Part shown: one piece after another, positions 29,154-40,833 of the stretch
Layout: the number at the start of each line of letters is the position of its first letter
Numbering within the stretch: the stretch's first letter is position 1
Assembly: GCA_963708135.1 (NCBI GenBank)
Contig: OY970192.1
Span: 4,896,001-4,960,000 of the forward strand
DNA length: 64,000 nucleotides
Reading direction: 5' to 3'
Source: an uncultured Gemmatimonadales bacterium
GTDB lineage: Bacteria > Gemmatimonadota > Gemmatimonadetes > Longimicrobiales > RSA9
The notes under the pieces: model-generated
Databases searched by the model: none
The model's input: only the letters and a program-made list of their open reading frames with translations
What the model was told of the DNA's origin: nothing
Made by a program: the position numbers and the translations under genes

Positions 29154-32100
29154 ATGGCCGTCGTCGCTTCGGAAGTCAGGCGCTGGACGAGCAGCGTGCC
29201 CGCCGCCGATACGTACGCGAAGGAAGCGCCGTCGCTGGCGCGCGAGCTCGGGCGCCGCACGGAGGCGGAGATCCGCTTCGAGCCGGGGGACCGCTCGCTC
29301 TACGCGACGGATCTCTCGGTCTTCCGCCAGCTGCCGATCGGGGTGGTGATCCCGCGCACGGTCGAGGACGTCATCGAGACGGTCGCGATCTGCCGCGAGC
29401 ACGATGTCCCGGTGCTCGCGCGAGGCGGCGGCACGGCGCTGGCTGGCCAGACCTGCAACCTGGCCGTGGTGATCGATTTCTCGAAGCACCTCCACGAGAT
29501 CCTGGAGTACCGTCCCGGGGAGCGCTACGCGTGGGTTCAGCCGGGCGTGATCTGCGACCAGCTCCGCCACCGCGCGTGGAAGGACCAGCTCACGTGGGCG
29601 CCCGATCCCGCCACGCACGCCTACAACACCTTCGGCGGCATGATCGGCAACAACTCGTGCGGCGCGCACTCGGTGATGGGCGGGAAGACGGTGGACAACA
29701 TCGAGGCGCTGGAGGTGCTGACGTACGAGGGGGAGCGCTTCACGGTGGGCCGGGTGGGCACGGAGGCGGAGCTGGAGCGGATCATCCGGGCGGGCGGAGC
29801 GAAGGGACGGATCCACGCGGCGCTGCGGGAGCTCCGCGACCGTTACGCGGACGAGATCCGGGCGCGTTATCCGCGGATCCCGCGGCGGGTCTCCGGCTAC
29901 AACCTGGACGACCTGCTGCCGGAGAAGGGATTCCACGTGGCGCGTGCGCTCGTGGGCAGCGAGGGCACGCTGGTCACGGTGCTCGGGGCGAAGGTGCGGC
30001 TGATCCCGCGGCCGCCGAAGCGCTCACTCCTGGTGCTGGGCTACGACAGCATGGGAGAGGCGGGCGACCACGTCCCGGAGCTGCTCGCGCTCGAGCTCAC
30101 GGCGCTCGAGGGGATCCACGAGTCCGTGCCGCGGAACATGGCGACGAAGGGGCGTCCTCTCGCCGGCGCGAGGCTGCTGCCCGAGGGCCGCATGTTCCTC
30201 ATGGCGGAATTCGGCGGCAGCTCGCAGGAGGAGGCGAACGCGCGGGCCGAGGACGCGCGGCGCCGGGTCGAGGCGGCCGGCGGCCACCGCGGGCTGCGCG
30301 TGTTCGACAACAAGGAGGACGTGTCGGCGATCTGGGAGATCCGCGAGTCCGGCGTGGGGGCCTCGCGGGTGGACCACACCGAGGCCGGCTGGCCCTGCTG
30401 GGAGGACACGGCGGTGGACCCGGAGAAGGAGGGCGACTACCTGCGCGAGCTCGAGGCGCTGCTCGACCGTTACCAGTACAAGTGGACCGGCTACGGCCAC
30501 TTCGGGCAGGGGTGCTTCCACATCCGGATCGACTTCGACTTCGGCACACCGCAGGGCGTGGCGCAGTACCGCGCGTTCGCGGACGACCTCTCGGACCTGG
30601 TGGTGGAGTATGGCGGCGCGCTCTCCGGCGAGCACGGCGACGGGCAGGCGCGCGCCGAGTTCCTGCCGAAGATGTTCGGGCCGGAGCTGATCGAGGCGTT
30701 CCGCGAGTACAAGCGGATCTGGGATCCGCGGCTGATGATGAATCCGGGCAAGGTGGTGGACCCCTACCCGATCGACACGAACCTGCGGGTCGGCCCGGAC
30801 TACCACCCGGTCGAGCCGGGCCTGCACTTCCGTTTCCCGCAGGACCGCGGCAGCATGGCGCTGGCCACGCAGCGCTGCTTCGGGGTGGGGAAGTGCCGGC
30901 AGCCCGAGGGCGAGCTGAGCATGTGCCCGTCGTTCCAGGTGCTGCGCGACGAGAAGCACACGACGCGCGGCCGGGCGCACCTGCTCTTCGAGGCGATGCG
31001 GGACGGCTCGCTGCTGGCGGGGGAGGGGATGCGGAGCGACTACGTGCGGGAGTCTCTGGATCTCTGCCTCGCGTGCAAGGGGTGCAAGGGCGACTGCCCC
31101 GAGGACGTGGACATCGCGACCTACAAGGCCGAGTTCCTCTCCCACTACTACGATGGCCGCCTGCGGCCGCGGCAGGCGTATGCGTTCGCGCTGATCGAGT
31201 GGTGGGCGCGGCTCGCGTCGCTGTCTCCGGACGCGGTGAACCTCCTGACGCACACGCCGGGGCTCAGCCGCGGGGCCAGGTGGGCGGCGCACGTCGCGCC
31301 GGAGCGCGAGATCCCGCGCTTCGCCGCGCGCACCTTCACGCGCTGGTGGCGCGAGCGTCCCCGCCGGCCGGGCACCGGCTCCGCGGCGATCCTCTGGCCG
31401 GACACCTACAACAACCACTTCCATCCCGGCGTGCTGCAGGCGGCCGCGGAGGTGCTCGAGGAGGCCGGGCTGCGGGTGGTGGTGCCGCAGGACTTCATGC
31501 CGACGGGCCGGCCGCTCTACGACTGGGGCATGCTCGACCTGGCGCAGTGGCAGCTCCGGCGGATCCTGCGGACGCTGCGGGAGGCGATCCGCGCGGGCAC
31601 CCCCGTGGTCGTGCTCGAGCCGAGCGACGCATCGGTCTTCCGCCACGAGCTCGGGCAGCTCTTCCCGGACGACGACGACGCGCGTGCGCTCGCCCGCCAG
31701 ACCTTCACGCTCGCCGAGTTCCTCTCCGACCACGCCGACGGCTGGAGCCCGCCGCGCCTCGAGCGGAAGGCGCTCGTGCACGTGCATTGCCACCACCGCG
31801 CCGTCCTGGGCGAGGCGGAGGACCTGGCGCTGCTCGAGCGCATGGGCGTCGAGGCCGAGGTCCCCGACCCCGGCTGCTGCGGCATGGCGGGGCCGTTCGG
31901 CTTCGAGGATGGGCAGAAGCACGAGATCAGCGTGGCGCGCGCGGAGCAGCGGCTGCTGCCGGCGGTGCGGGACGCCGGGGAGGACACGCTCATCATCGCC
32001 GACGGCTTCAGCTGTCGCGAGCAGATCGCGCAGGGCACGGAGCGCCGGGCCATGCACCTGGCGGAGGTGATCCGGATGGCCCAGCGCGCCGGCCCGTCGG

Positions 32101-32264
32101 CGCGCGGGCGGCGGCCGGAGGAGGAAGGGCGTCGGCTCGTCCCCGGCGAGCTGGCGCGCCCGACGTCACCGCTGCGCGGCGCGGCCGTGCTGGCCGGCCT
32201 GCTCGCCGTGGGCGGCGCGGCGGTGGCGGGCACGGCGGCGGCGCTGCGGGCGAGGCGGCACTGA
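29154..32264 (+). CDS. FAD-binding plus Fe-S oxidoreductase (GlcD/GlcF-like fusion)
   Basis: [61 protein letters not shown]. Confidence 0.9.
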   Translation: MAVVASEVRRWTSSVPAADTYAKEAPSLARELGRRTEAEIRFEPGDRSLYATDLSVFRQLPIGVVIPRTVEDVIETVAICREHDVPVLARGGGTALAGQTCNLAVVIDFSKHLHEILEYRPGERYAWVQPGVICDQLRHRAWKDQLTWAPDPATHAYNTFGGMIGNNSCGAHSVMGGKTVDNIEALEVLTYEGERFTVGRVGTEAELERIIRAGGAKGRIHAALRELRDRYADEIRARYPRIPRRVSGYNLDDLLPEKGFHVARALVGSEGTLVTVLGAKVRLIPRPPKRSLLVLGYDSMGEAGDHVPELLALELTALEGIHESVPRNMATKGRPLAGARLLPEGRMFLMAEFGGSSQEEANARAEDARRRVEAAGGHRGLRVFDNKEDVSAIWEIRESGVGASRVDHTEAGWPCWEDTAVDPEKEGDYLRELEALLDRYQYKWTGYGHFGQGCFHIRIDFDFGTPQGVAQYRAFADDLSDLVVEYGGALSGEHGDGQARAEFLPKMFGPELIEAFREYKRIWDPRLMMNPGKVVDPYPIDTNLRVGPDYHPVEPGLHFRFPQDRGSMALATQRCFGVGKCRQPEGELSMCPSFQVLRDEKHTTRGRAHLLFEAMRDGSLLAGEGMRSDYVRESLDLCLACKGCKGDCPEDVDIATYKAEFLSHYYDGRLRPRQAYAFALIEWWARLASLSPDAVNLLTHTPGLSRGARWAAHVAPEREIPRFAARTFTRWWRERPRRPGTGSAAILWPDTYNNHFHPGVLQAAAEVLEEAGLRVVVPQDFMPTGRPLYDWGMLDLAQWQLRRILRTLREAIRAGTPVVVLEPSDASVFRHELGQLFPDDDDARALARQTFTLAEFLSDHADGWSPPRLERKALVHVHCHHRAVLGEAEDLALLERMGVEAEVPDPGCCGMAGPFGFEDGQKHEISVARAEQRLLPAVRDAGEDTLIIADGFSCREQIAQGTERRAMHLAEVIRMAQRAGPSARGRRPEEEGRRLVPGELARPTSPLRGAAVLAGLLAVGGAAVAGTAAALRARRH

Positions 32265-33514
32265 TGAAAGGACGCGGTGGAATGACGAAGTCGACGGAGC
32301 CCCGGACATACGGCGCCACGCCCGCGAGGGATGGCCCTCAGCCGAGCCACGGCGACCGCGGCGCCACGATCCTCGGGCCCCGGAACCTGCCGGTCGAGCG
32401 CGAGAACCCGAGTCTCTTCGCCTCGCCGTACACGGATTCGGGGACCCTCCCGAACATGAAGTTCCCGTTCTCGGCCGCGCGCACGCGGCTGGCCACGGGA
32501 GGGTGGGGTCGGGAGGTGACGACGCGCGAGCTGCCGGTGGCAAAGACGCTCGCGGGCGTGAACATGCGGCTCGACCCGGGCGGCATCCGGGAGCTGCACT
32601 GGCACAAGCAGGCGGAGTGGGCGTTCATGCTGGCGGGTCGGGCCCGCATCACGGCCGTCGATCCCGAGGGCCGGAACTTCATCGATGACGTCGGCCCGGG
32701 CGACCTGTGGAACTTCCCCGCGGGCATTCCCCACTCGATCCAGGGGCTCGAGGAGGGCTGCGAGTTCCTGCTGGTCTTCGATGACGGCGACTTCTCGGAG
32801 AACGAGACCTTCCAGGTCTCGGACTGGTTCAAGCACACGCCGGTGGAGGTCCTGGCCAGGAACTTCGGCGTGCCGGAGTCCGCCTTCGCCGACCTGCCGG
32901 AGGACCTCGGCCACACGCGCTGGATCTTCGCGGGCAAGGTGCCGCCGCCGCTCGAGGAGGACGCGGTCGAGGCGCCGGCCGGGCGGGTGCCGATCACGTT
33001 CAGCCACCACCTGCTCGCGCAGCAGCCGATCGAGGCGCCGGGCGGCCGGGTGCGGATCGCGGACTCGTCCAACTTCCCGGCCGCGCGGACGGTCGCCGCG
33101 GCGCTCGTCGAGGTGGACCCCGGCGGCATGAGGGAGATGCACTGGCACCCGAACCAGGACGAGTGGCAGTACTACATCAGCGGGCGCGCCCGCATGACCG
33201 TGTTCGCCTCGTCCGAGAAGGCACGCACCTTCGACTACCAGGCGGGCGACGTCGGCTACGTGCCCTTCGCCATGGGCCACTATATCGAGAACGTGGGCGA
33301 TGAGACGCTGCGCTTCCTCGAGTTGTTCAGGAGCGACCACTACGCGGACATGTCGCTCAACCAGTGGATGGCGCTCACGCCGCCCGAGCTCGTGAAGCAC
33401 CACCTGAATCTCGACGACCGCACGATCGCGGCGCTGAAGAAGGAGAAGCCGGTGGTCGTCGCCTCGACGCGCCCGGCCGCGCGGGAGAGTCAGGTCCCCA
33501 CAGGTCGGTCGTAG
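32264..33514 (+). CDS. oxdC: Oxalate decarboxylase (bicupin)
   Basis: [21 protein letters not shown], lid [28 protein letters not shown] overlap with the upstream gene. Confidence 0.9.
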   Translation: MKGRGGMTKSTEPRTYGATPARDGPQPSHGDRGATILGPRNLPVERENPSLFASPYTDSGTLPNMKFPFSAARTRLATGGWGREVTTRELPVAKTLAGVNMRLDPGGIRELHWHKQAEWAFMLAGRARITAVDPEGRNFIDDVGPGDLWNFPAGIPHSIQGLEEGCEFLLVFDDGDFSENETFQVSDWFKHTPVEVLARNFGVPESAFADLPEDLGHTRWIFAGKVPPPLEEDAVEAPAGRVPITFSHHLLAQQPIEAPGGRVRIADSSNFPAARTVAAALVEVDPGGMREMHWHPNQDEWQYYISGRARMTVFASSEKARTFDYQAGDVGYVPFAMGHYIENVGDETLRFLELFRSDHYADMSLNQWMALTPPELVKHHLNLDDRTIAALKKEKPVVVASTRPAARESQVPTGRS

Positions 33515-33730
33515 AATCGACGCCTGGGGAGTTCACGGCGGCCGTACGCGGCGGAGGCGCACGCGGCGGCCGCCGCACCGCCGGTTTCCGGTCAAACCAG
33601 AAACCGGCTGGAACCCGAAGCCCTTGCGCCCGGCGGCCGCCGGCGCGATCCTGCCGCGGCACTTCGGGGACTTCACCTCACAGATCGGGCTGTGCATCCT
33701 CGCTCGCGGCCGCCAACGGCCGGGGGTTTC

Positions 33731-35239
33731 ATGCGCGTTGTGTTCGCCGGTTCCCTCCCCACCCCGCTCGCGCGGGGCGGTTTCCTCGTCGCCCTGGCCG
33801 GATGCCTGGCCGCGGCCGCGAGCCCCGCTGCACGGCCGGCCGGAGGCGCGCGGGCGGGCCCGGCGGCGGCGTCGCCCGCCACGGACACGTCCCTGGCCCC
33901 GTCCCGCGACACGCTGCGCCAGCCGCCAACCCTGCGCAATCTCTCCCACGTGCCCGGCCTGGTGGAGGTCGAGCTCACCGCCGCGCCCGCGCGGCTCCGG
34001 CTGCGGCCGGGCGGGCCGGCCGTGGAGGCGTTCGCCTACAACGGCACGGTGCCGGGGCCGACGCTGGATGTGCGCGAGGGCGACAGCGTCATCATCCACT
34101 TCCACAACGGGCTCGCCGAGCCGACCACGGTGCACTGGCACGGCCTGCACCTGCCGGCCGGCGTCGATGGCAGCCCGCTCGATCCGGTCGAGCCCGGGCA
34201 GGACCACGTCTACGCGTTCCGCATCCCGGCGGGCGAGGCGGGCACGTACTGGTACCATCCGCACCCGGACCGACGTACGACCCGCCAGGTGGGCATGGGC
34301 CTCTTCGGCGGGATCATCATCCGCGCCGCGGATGACCCGCTGGCCGCGCGGCACATCCCCGAGAAGCTGCTGATCCTCTCCGACGACCGGTTCGCGCCGG
34401 ACGGCTCGGTCGCGTTCCCGGATTCGACCTCGATCCAGGCGGACATCGACTTCGAGAACGGGCGGGAAGGCAACGTCCTGTTCGTGAACGGCCAGGTCAT
34501 GCCGACGCTCGCGCTGCGGCCGGGCCAGCTCGAGCGGTGGCGGATCGTGAACGCGTCGGCGGCCCGCGTCTACCGGCTGGCGCTCGCGGGCCAGCCGCTC
34601 ATCGACGTCGGCAGCGACGGCGGGCTGTTCGCGCGCCCGGTCGAGGTGCCGGAGATCGTCCTGCCCAACAGCGGCCGCGTCGAGGTGCTCGTCCGGGGCG
34701 GCGCCGCGGGCGGCGGGGCGACGACCCTCCAGGACCTGCCCTACGACCGCTACATGCCCCAGACGCGGCCGGCGGACTGGGACAGCACGCGCACCCTGCT
34801 CTCCCTCCGTACGCTCGCCGGGCCGCCCGCCGAGCCGGTCGCGCTGCCGGCGGTGCTGCGGCGCATCCCGGCGATCGACACCACGCACGTGGCCGCGCGG
34901 CGGACGATCGTCATGTCGCAGGGGCTCATGGACGGCAAGCGGATGGACATGAAGCGGGTGGACATCAGCGCCCGCCTGGGCTCGACCGAGATCTGGGAGG
35001 TGCAGAACGTGGTCGGCATGGACCACCCGTTCCACCTGCACGGGTTCCACTTCCAGGTGCTCGACCGGGACGGTGTGCCTGAGCCGTTCCGGAGCTGGAT
35101 CGACACGGTCAACGTGCCGAAGCACTCCGCCGTGCGGATCGTCGTGCGGTTCGACGACTTCCCCGGCCGCTGGATGTACCACTGCCACATCCTGGACCAC
35201 GAGGACGCCGGGATGATGGGTGTGCTCCTAGTCAACTGA
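33731..35239 (+). CDS. Multicopper oxidase (exported)
   Basis: VHWHG, WYHPH, HPFHLHG, MYHCHILDHEDAGMM. Confidence 0.93.
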   Translation: MRVVFAGSLPTPLARGGFLVALAGCLAAAASPAARPAGGARAGPAAASPATDTSLAPSRDTLRQPPTLRNLSHVPGLVEVELTAAPARLRLRPGGPAVEAFAYNGTVPGPTLDVREGDSVIIHFHNGLAEPTTVHWHGLHLPAGVDGSPLDPVEPGQDHVYAFRIPAGEAGTYWYHPHPDRRTTRQVGMGLFGGIIIRAADDPLAARHIPEKLLILSDDRFAPDGSVAFPDSTSIQADIDFENGREGNVLFVNGQVMPTLALRPGQLERWRIVNASAARVYRLALAGQPLIDVGSDGGLFARPVEVPEIVLPNSGRVEVLVRGGAAGGGATTLQDLPYDRYMPQTRPADWDSTRTLLSLRTLAGPPAEPVALPAVLRRIPAIDTTHVAARRTIVMSQGLMDGKRMDMKRVDISARLGSTEIWEVQNVVGMDHPFHLHGFHFQVLDRDGVPEPFRSWIDTVNVPKHSAVRIVVRFDDFPGRWMYHCHILDHEDAGMMGVLLVN

Positions 35240-35248
35240 GGAGGGCGT

Positions 35249-35995
35249 ATGGCCGGTCGTCGGAAGTGGTCGGTCGCGGCGCTGGTGTCGTTCGCCGCGC
35301 TCACGGTGCTGGCGTTCGCGGGCGCGCGGGCGGGCGGTCCGGGACGAGGCTCGGCCGCGGCGGCGATCGCCCCGGCGGCGGAGCGCGGCGGGAGGGCGGA
35401 CGTGGCGCCTCCGGACCCGGTGCAGCGGGGGCGCTGGATCGTGGTCTCGCACGACTGTGGCGGGTGCCACGGTGGCGACGGGAATCCCAGCGCGCCCGGT
35501 TGGCTGGCGGGGGAGATGCGCCCGGAGCAGCAGTTCCTGATCGGGCCGTGCTACCTCAAGCCGGGCGCCCAGCCGTGCTTCCATACCCACCCGCGCAACC
35601 TGACGCCGGACAACGAGACGGGGCTCGGCCGCTTCACCGAGCGCCAGATCTTCAACGCGCTCCGCTTCGGCCTGCGCCCCGAGGAGACCCCGGATGTCAC
35701 CATCACCTCGATGACGCCGGGGCAGGGCAACTTCCCGCTGCACCCGCGCTACCTGGCCGTTCCGATGCCGTGGCCGACGTGGCGGCACATGCCCGACGCG
35801 GACCTGTGGGCGATCGCGGCCTACCTGAAGCGCGGCCTCAAGCCGGTGCACAACAAGGTGCCCGAGAGCGAGGGCCCGCCCGACTTCTGGGCGAGCGCGT
35901 ACACGGTGGACAAGATCGGGCCCTACCCGCTGCCGCCGTTCCCGACCGCCAACGAGGTGGGCGCGGCCGTGAAGGCGGCGTCGGGCGGGCGATGA
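35249..35995 (+). CDS. Exported c-type cytochrome
   Basis: Signal peptide, CGGCH, RNLTPDNETGLG, MPW, DLWAIAAYLK. Confidence 0.82.
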   Translation: MAGRRKWSVAALVSFAALTVLAFAGARAGGPGRGSAAAAIAPAAERGGRADVAPPDPVQRGRWIVVSHDCGGCHGGDGNPSAPGWLAGEMRPEQQFLIGPCYLKPGAQPCFHTHPRNLTPDNETGLGRFTERQIFNALRFGLRPEETPDVTITSMTPGQGNFPLHPRYLAVPMPWPTWRHMPDADLWAIAAYLKRGLKPVHNKVPESEGPPDFWASAYTVDKIGPYPLPPFPTANEVGAAVKAASGGR

Positions 35996-36065
35996 GACGG
36001 GGCCCGGGGATGGGCTGGTAAAGACTCGCGACGACGCCGGCGGACGCGGGGCCGTCCCGTCCGGT

Positions 36066-36104
36066 GACGCCGGCGCCCGGGGCGATCCGCTCCGGGCGCC
36101 GGCG
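36066..36104. terminator. Long hairpin between convergent genes
   Basis: ACGCCGGCGCCCGG ... CCGGGCGCCGGCGT. Confidence 0.5.
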
Positions 36105-36108
36105 TGCG

Positions 36109-36606
36109 TCAGCCGGCCGCGTGTCCGGTCGCGCCGCGGGCCATGCTCTCCGGCATCCGCACGGCGACGACGCGGCCGCGGGCGCACTCGGCGCCGCCGG
36201 CCCCGACGGAGACCTCCACCACCACCTTCCGCTCCTTCACCTCGACGGGCAGGGCGCGCGCGATGAGCTCGACGCCCGCCGGCGTCGGCTTCAGGAAATC
36301 GACCGTGAGCGACGCCGTGACGAAACGCGGCGAGGGGTCCGCGCCCGGCCGGAGGCCGGCGGCACGCATGGCGGCGGCCGCCGCGGCGCCGATGCCGTGG
36401 CAGTCGATGAGCGACGCGATCAGGCCGCCGTAGACGAACCCCGGCAGGGCGAGATGGTACGGTCTCGGCTCGAGGCGCGCGACGCCCTCGCCGGCCTGCC
36501 AGAACGTCCGGATGTGGAGCCCCTCCGGGTTCAGCCGCCCGCAGCCGTAGCAGTGGGCGAAGTCGTCGGGGTAGAGGTCCTGGATGGCCTTCGGGTTGGC
36601 GTCCAT
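36109..36606 (-). CDS. PaaI family (hotdog) thioesterase
   Basis: HCYGCG, YGGLIASLIDCHG, FVTASLTVDFLKPTP. Confidence 0.88.
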   Translation of the reverse strand: MDANPKAIQDLYPDDFAHCYGCGRLNPEGLHIRTFWQAGEGVARLEPRPYHLALPGFVYGGLIASLIDCHGIGAAAAAAMRAAGLRPGADPSPRFVTASLTVDFLKPTPAGVELIARALPVEVKERKVVVEVSVGAGGAECARGRVVAVRMPESMARGATGHAAG

Positions 36607-36924
36607 GGCGGGAAGGTGAGGGTGAGCGGCCGTCTCCGGCAAGGCCCCGGGCGTGCTCTGCCGGAGAGTGGGATAGAGGGAGAGTGGGAGACGGGGCGAC
36701 CTCCGCGGGGGAGGACCGCGGCCGGGCCAGTTGCGGGACCGGGCGGACGCACCTCCATCCGGCGTCCGCGCGATCCCGCCCATCCCGCACGCGGCCCGGC
36801 GCGGCCCGCCGCCGCGCGGCTCGCGGCGCGGCGGGCGCGGCATTACCGTGGACCCCGAACGGGGGCGGGCGCGGCGGCCGGGTGGCCGCGGCGCGGAGCT
36901 CCCCGCCGGGGGCAGCGGGGGCGT

Positions 36925-37431
36925 ATGGCGATCCGGGTGTTCGCGACGGGCGGCACGTTCGACAAGGAATACGACGAGCTGGGGGGCCGGCTGGTCTTCA
37001 ACGAGACGAACGTGCCGGAGATGCTGAGGCTGGGCCGGTGTCGGCTGGAGGTCTCGGTGCGCACGCTCATGATGGTGGACAGCCTGGAGATGACGGACGA
37101 GGACCGCGCCACCATCGTGGACCACTGCCGGCGGTGCGCGGAGACGCAGATCGTCATCACGCACGGCACGGACACCATCGTCGAGACGGCGCGGGCGCTG
37201 GCGGCGGCCGTGGCGGAGAAGACGATCGTGCTCACGGGCGCGATGGTGCCGTACGCCTTCGGCAGCTCGGACGGGCTGTTCAACCTGGGCAGCGCGCTGT
37301 CGTTCGCGCAGGTGCTGCCGGCGGGCGTGTACGTGGCAATGAACGGGCACTGGTTCCCGTGGGATGACGTCCGGAAGAACCGCGACATCGGCATCTTCGA
37401 GCGGGTCTCCGGCGCGGAGCGCGGGCGGTGA
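36925..37431 (+). CDS. Short asparaginase-domain protein
   Basis: TGGTFDK, THGTDT, VLTGAMVP, GVYVAMNG. Confidence 0.9.
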   Translation: MAIRVFATGGTFDKEYDELGGRLVFNETNVPEMLRLGRCRLEVSVRTLMMVDSLEMTDEDRATIVDHCRRCAETQIVITHGTDTIVETARALAAAVAEKTIVLTGAMVPYAFGSSDGLFNLGSALSFAQVLPAGVYVAMNGHWFPWDDVRKNRDIGIFERVSGAERGR

Positions 37432-37544
37432 GGCGTCCGGCCGAGGGAGGTGCCGGCGCCGATCCGCCCCTTGCCAGACGGCGACGCCGAGACGAACTTT
37501 CACGCGAGAAGTAGCGTCATCCAGGCGGCTTCCCCGAGAACAGC

Positions 37545-38798
37545 ATGAACCGCGCAGCGCCGCGCGTCGCGAGCCGATTCGCGCCGCGTGCCCTCGTCCT
37601 CCTGGCGATGGCTGCCACCGCTCTGGTCCGGCCCGTGTCCGCCCGGCCGCTCGTGCGTGCCGCGGCGCGCGCCGTTGGGACGCGGGGTCTCAACGCCGCT
37701 CGCCTCGCGCGCATCGATTCGATCATCGAGGCGGCCATCCGGGACGGGGCGACGCCGGGCGCGGCGATCGCGATCGGGCGCCGATCGGGAATCGTGCGCC
37801 TGCAGGGATACGGGCGGATCGACTGGGCCGACGACGCCGCCGCCGTGACGGACTCGACGCTGTACGACCTGGCGTCGCTCACGAAGGTGGTGGGCACGAC
37901 CACGGCGGCGATGATGCTGGTGCAGCAGAAGCGGCTCCTGCTGGATGCGCCGCTCCGGCGCTATCTGCCGCAGTGGCCGCGCACCGGATCCCGTTCCCGC
38001 ATCACGATCCGCCAGCTGCTCATGCACACCTCGGGGCTGCCCGCGGGAGCGGACCTGTGGTGGGTGCCCGGGAGCCGCGCGGAGCGGGTGCGCTGGATCG
38101 CGACCCGGCCGCTGGTCTCGCGGCCGGGGACGCGCACGCTCTACAGCGACCTGGGGATGATCGTGCTCGGCGCGGCCATCGAGCACATGACCCACGAGCG
38201 GCTCGATGCGTTCCTCGACACGCGCGTCTACCGGCCGCTGGGGATGAGGGACACCCGGTTCAACCCCCTCGCGCCGCTCGACAGCTCGCCGTTCAACCTC
38301 GCCCGCATCGCGCCGACCGAGCTCGATCAGGACATCCGCCACACCCACCTGCACGGGGAGGTCCAGGACCTCAATGCGGCCGCGCTGGAGGGGGTGGCCG
38401 GACACGCCGGGCTCTTCTCGTCCGCCCGCGACCTGGGCCGCTTCGCGCTCGAGATGCTGCGCGGCGCGAGCGGCCGCGACACCGAGCTGCTGCGGCCGAG
38501 CACCGTGCGGCGCTTTCTCGCCCACGCCGACTCGCGGCGGCCGCTCGGCTGGGACGCGCCGCGCACAGCCGCGGACTTCTCCCGCAGGGCGTTCGGCCAC
38601 ACCGGCTTCACGGGCACCAGCATCTGGATCGACCCCGACCGCAATGTCTTCGTCGTGCTGCTCACCAACCGCGTCGACCCCACCGCCGCCAACACCAGGC
38701 ACCTCGCCCTTCGCCGCGCGATCAGCCAGGAAATCCGCCTGGCGGCCGATGAAGGCGCGGCCGCGTCCGCCGCGGCCGCCAGCCACGGATCCCGCTGA
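37545..38798 (+). CDS. Serine hydrolase (beta-lactamase class C-like)
   Basis: ASLTK (SxxK), LLMHTSG, YSD, GHAGLFS, FGHTGFTG. Confidence 0.9.
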   Translation: MNRAAPRVASRFAPRALVLLAMAATALVRPVSARPLVRAAARAVGTRGLNAARLARIDSIIEAAIRDGATPGAAIAIGRRSGIVRLQGYGRIDWADDAAAVTDSTLYDLASLTKVVGTTTAAMMLVQQKRLLLDAPLRRYLPQWPRTGSRSRITIRQLLMHTSGLPAGADLWWVPGSRAERVRWIATRPLVSRPGTRTLYSDLGMIVLGAAIEHMTHERLDAFLDTRVYRPLGMRDTRFNPLAPLDSSPFNLARIAPTELDQDIRHTHLHGEVQDLNAAALEGVAGHAGLFSSARDLGRFALEMLRGASGRDTELLRPSTVRRFLAHADSRRPLGWDAPRTAADFSRRAFGHTGFTGTSIWIDPDRNVFVVLLTNRVDPTAANTRHLALRRAISQEIRLAADEGAAASAAAASHGSR

Positions 38799-38837
38799 GC
38801 CTCGCCGCGGCCGGGTCTGGCCGGTGGCGCGCCCACG

Positions 38838-39941
38838 TCAGGGCGCGAGCGGCCGCGCGCGGACGGAGTCCCACACGGCCGCGGAGAGCTTGGGGGTGAA
38901 GGCGGTATCGACGATCCCCATGCGGGCGAAGTTGGAGAGGCCGGCGGCGCGCTCGGGCGGCAGGCCGTAGCTCGGGATGTCCAGGTCGGTGTAGAGCAGG
39001 AAGACCCAGGCCTGCGCGTGCACGCCGTCGAGCAGCGCGGCGATGCGGCGGAAGAAGGCAGCCTGCTTCTCGGGCGTGCCGGTGAGCGAGCCGGTCGGCG
39101 CGGAATTCCAGCCGCCCTCGACGAGGAGCAGCGGCTTCGTGGTCGCGGCGGCGAAGCGGGCGAAGAAATCGTCCGGCAGCTGCGCGGGGTCCTGGAGCAC
39201 CGCGCCGGGATAGGTGGAGAGCCCGAGCCCGTCGACGTCGAAGGAGTCGGCCAGCGCGAAGTGGTCGATGCCGCGCGGGATCCCGCCGAGCCCCCAGGCC
39301 TCGTCGGCCTGGAAGGAGACGAAGGTGCGCGTGCCCGGCGACACCGCCTCGATCTGCGGCGCGAGCTCGTTGACCATGGCGCGCACGGCCGCGTAGAGGT
39401 CGGGCGGACCGAGGTCGGCGAGCGTGTTGACCTCGGAGGCCAGGCCGAACCACTCGGGATGGATGCGACGCGCGATCTCGAGCGCCCACTGCTCGTGCAT
39501 CGCGCGGATCTCGGGCTCGCGGATCGAGCGGCCGAGCGCGACCAGCCCCGGGTCCTCCTTGCGCCGGTCGAGGCCGTCCAGCGGGTCGAGCAGGAAGATG
39601 ATCCGGAGGCCAAGCGCCCGCAAAAAGCTCGCGAGCTGCTCCCGCTCGGCGAGCGCCTGCTCCATGGTCTTCGTGCCGCCGAGGAGCTCCGCCCACGGCA
39701 CCGGCTGCTGGATGATCGTCACCTCGGACACGCGGGCGACGGCCTGCGCGGTGCGGATCACCGCCGAGTCGGTCGGCCGCGGCGGCGTGGGCGCGAAGCC
39801 CATCTCGTAGCTGCGCGCGGTCGTCCCCGGTGCGGGGCCGGTCGCGGAATCAGAGCTCCCGGAGCACGCGACGAAGAGCGCGGCGAGCACTGTGGCAGCG
39901 GCGAGCGAGCGCAGGAGCCTGGATCCGGGATGCGGGAGCAA
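38838..39941 (-). CDS. Lipoprotein with a probable TIM-barrel glycoside-hydrolase-like domain
   Basis: FVAC lipobox; ASEVN, GLSTYP, KPLLLVEGGW. Confidence 0.6.
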   Translation of the reverse strand: MLPHPGSRLLRSLAAATVLAALFVACSGSSDSATGPAPGTTARSYEMGFAPTPPRPTDSAVIRTAQAVARVSEVTIIQQPVPWAELLGGTKTMEQALAEREQLASFLRALGLRIIFLLDPLDGLDRRKEDPGLVALGRSIREPEIRAMHEQWALEIARRIHPEWFGLASEVNTLADLGPPDLYAAVRAMVNELAPQIEAVSPGTRTFVSFQADEAWGLGGIPRGIDHFALADSFDVDGLGLSTYPGAVLQDPAQLPDDFFARFAAATTKPLLLVEGGWNSAPTGSLTGTPEKQAAFFRRIAALLDGVHAQAWVFLLYTDLDIPSYGLPPERAAGLSNFARMGIVDTAFTPKLSAAVWDSVRARPLAP

Positions 39942-40119
39942 GGAGACGGACAGCAGGAAGGATGCAGGATTCAGGGGCCACGGGCCAGGATTCAGGACCC
40001 CGAACCCTGGCCATGCGGGGCGCCAGGTGCCCGCCCTGGATCCTTCCGGGCGGAAAGGCGGTTAGAGGGACGGGTGGGGGCGGTTCGGGACCGGGAGGAT
40101 TCTCGCGCACACGGGAGGC

Positions 40120-40833
40120 GTGGTGCCGGTGGGGCTGAGCGAAGCGCTTCAGCACAATCCGCTCGTGGCGGTCGCGGTGCTGTTCGGCGCGGGGGTGCTG
40201 ACCAGCCTGACACCCTGCATCTACCCGATGATCCCGATCACGGCGGGCGTGATCGCCGGGACGTCGGGCGGGGTGGGGGCGGGCCGGAGTCGGCGGCGGA
40301 CGGCCGTGCTGACGTTGGCGTACGTGGTCGGGCTGGCGCTGGTCTATGCCCTGCTCGGGCTGCTGGCCGGGATGAGCGGCTCGCTGTTCGGGTCGGTCGC
40401 GTCCAGCCCGTGGGCGAGGATCGCGGTGGGCAACCTGCTGCTGCTCTTCGGGCTCGCGATGCTGGACGTCTTTCCGCTCGCGCTGCCGGCGCGGGTGGTC
40501 GCGTGGGCGGGGCGGCGGCGGGGCGGCTCCGTGCCGGCCGTGTTCCTGCTCGGGGCGACGTCGGGGGTGGTCGCGGCCCCGTGCGGCGCGCCCGCCTTCG
40601 CAGCCGTGCTGACGTGGGTGGCCACCACCCGCAGCGCGCTGCTCGGGTTCGTCTACCTGTTCGTCTTCTCGCTCGGGATGACGGCGCTGCTCGCGGCGGT
40701 CGGCCTCTTCTCCGGGACGCTGGCCAGCCTGCCGCGCGCGGGGGTGTGGATGCTCTGGAGCAAGCGGGTCGCGGGGATCCTGATCCTGCTCGTCGCCGAG
40801 TACTACTTCATTCAGGCAGGGATGGTGATGTGA
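40120..40833 (+). CDS. ccdA: CcdA/DsbD-beta-like disulfide transporter
   Basis: LTSLTPCIYPMIPIT and VAAPCGAP. Confidence 0.85.
   Translation: MVPVGLSEALQHNPLVAVAVLFGAGVLTSLTPCIYPMIPITAGVIAGTSGGVGAGRSRRRTAVLTLAYVVGLALVYALLGLLAGMSGSLFGSVASSPWARIAVGNLLLLFGLAMLDVFPLALPARVVAWAGRRRGGSVPAVFLLGATSGVVAAPCGAPAFAAVLTWVATTRSALLGFVYLFVFSLGMTALLAAVGLFSGTLASLPRAGVWMLWSKRVAGILILLVAEYYFIQAGMVM

Noticed and set aside
28838..33514. 1558-aa fusion ending in oxalate decarboxylase
   Set aside because: The N-terminal part is an off-frame shadow of the FAD oxidoreductase; oxdC starts at about 32264.
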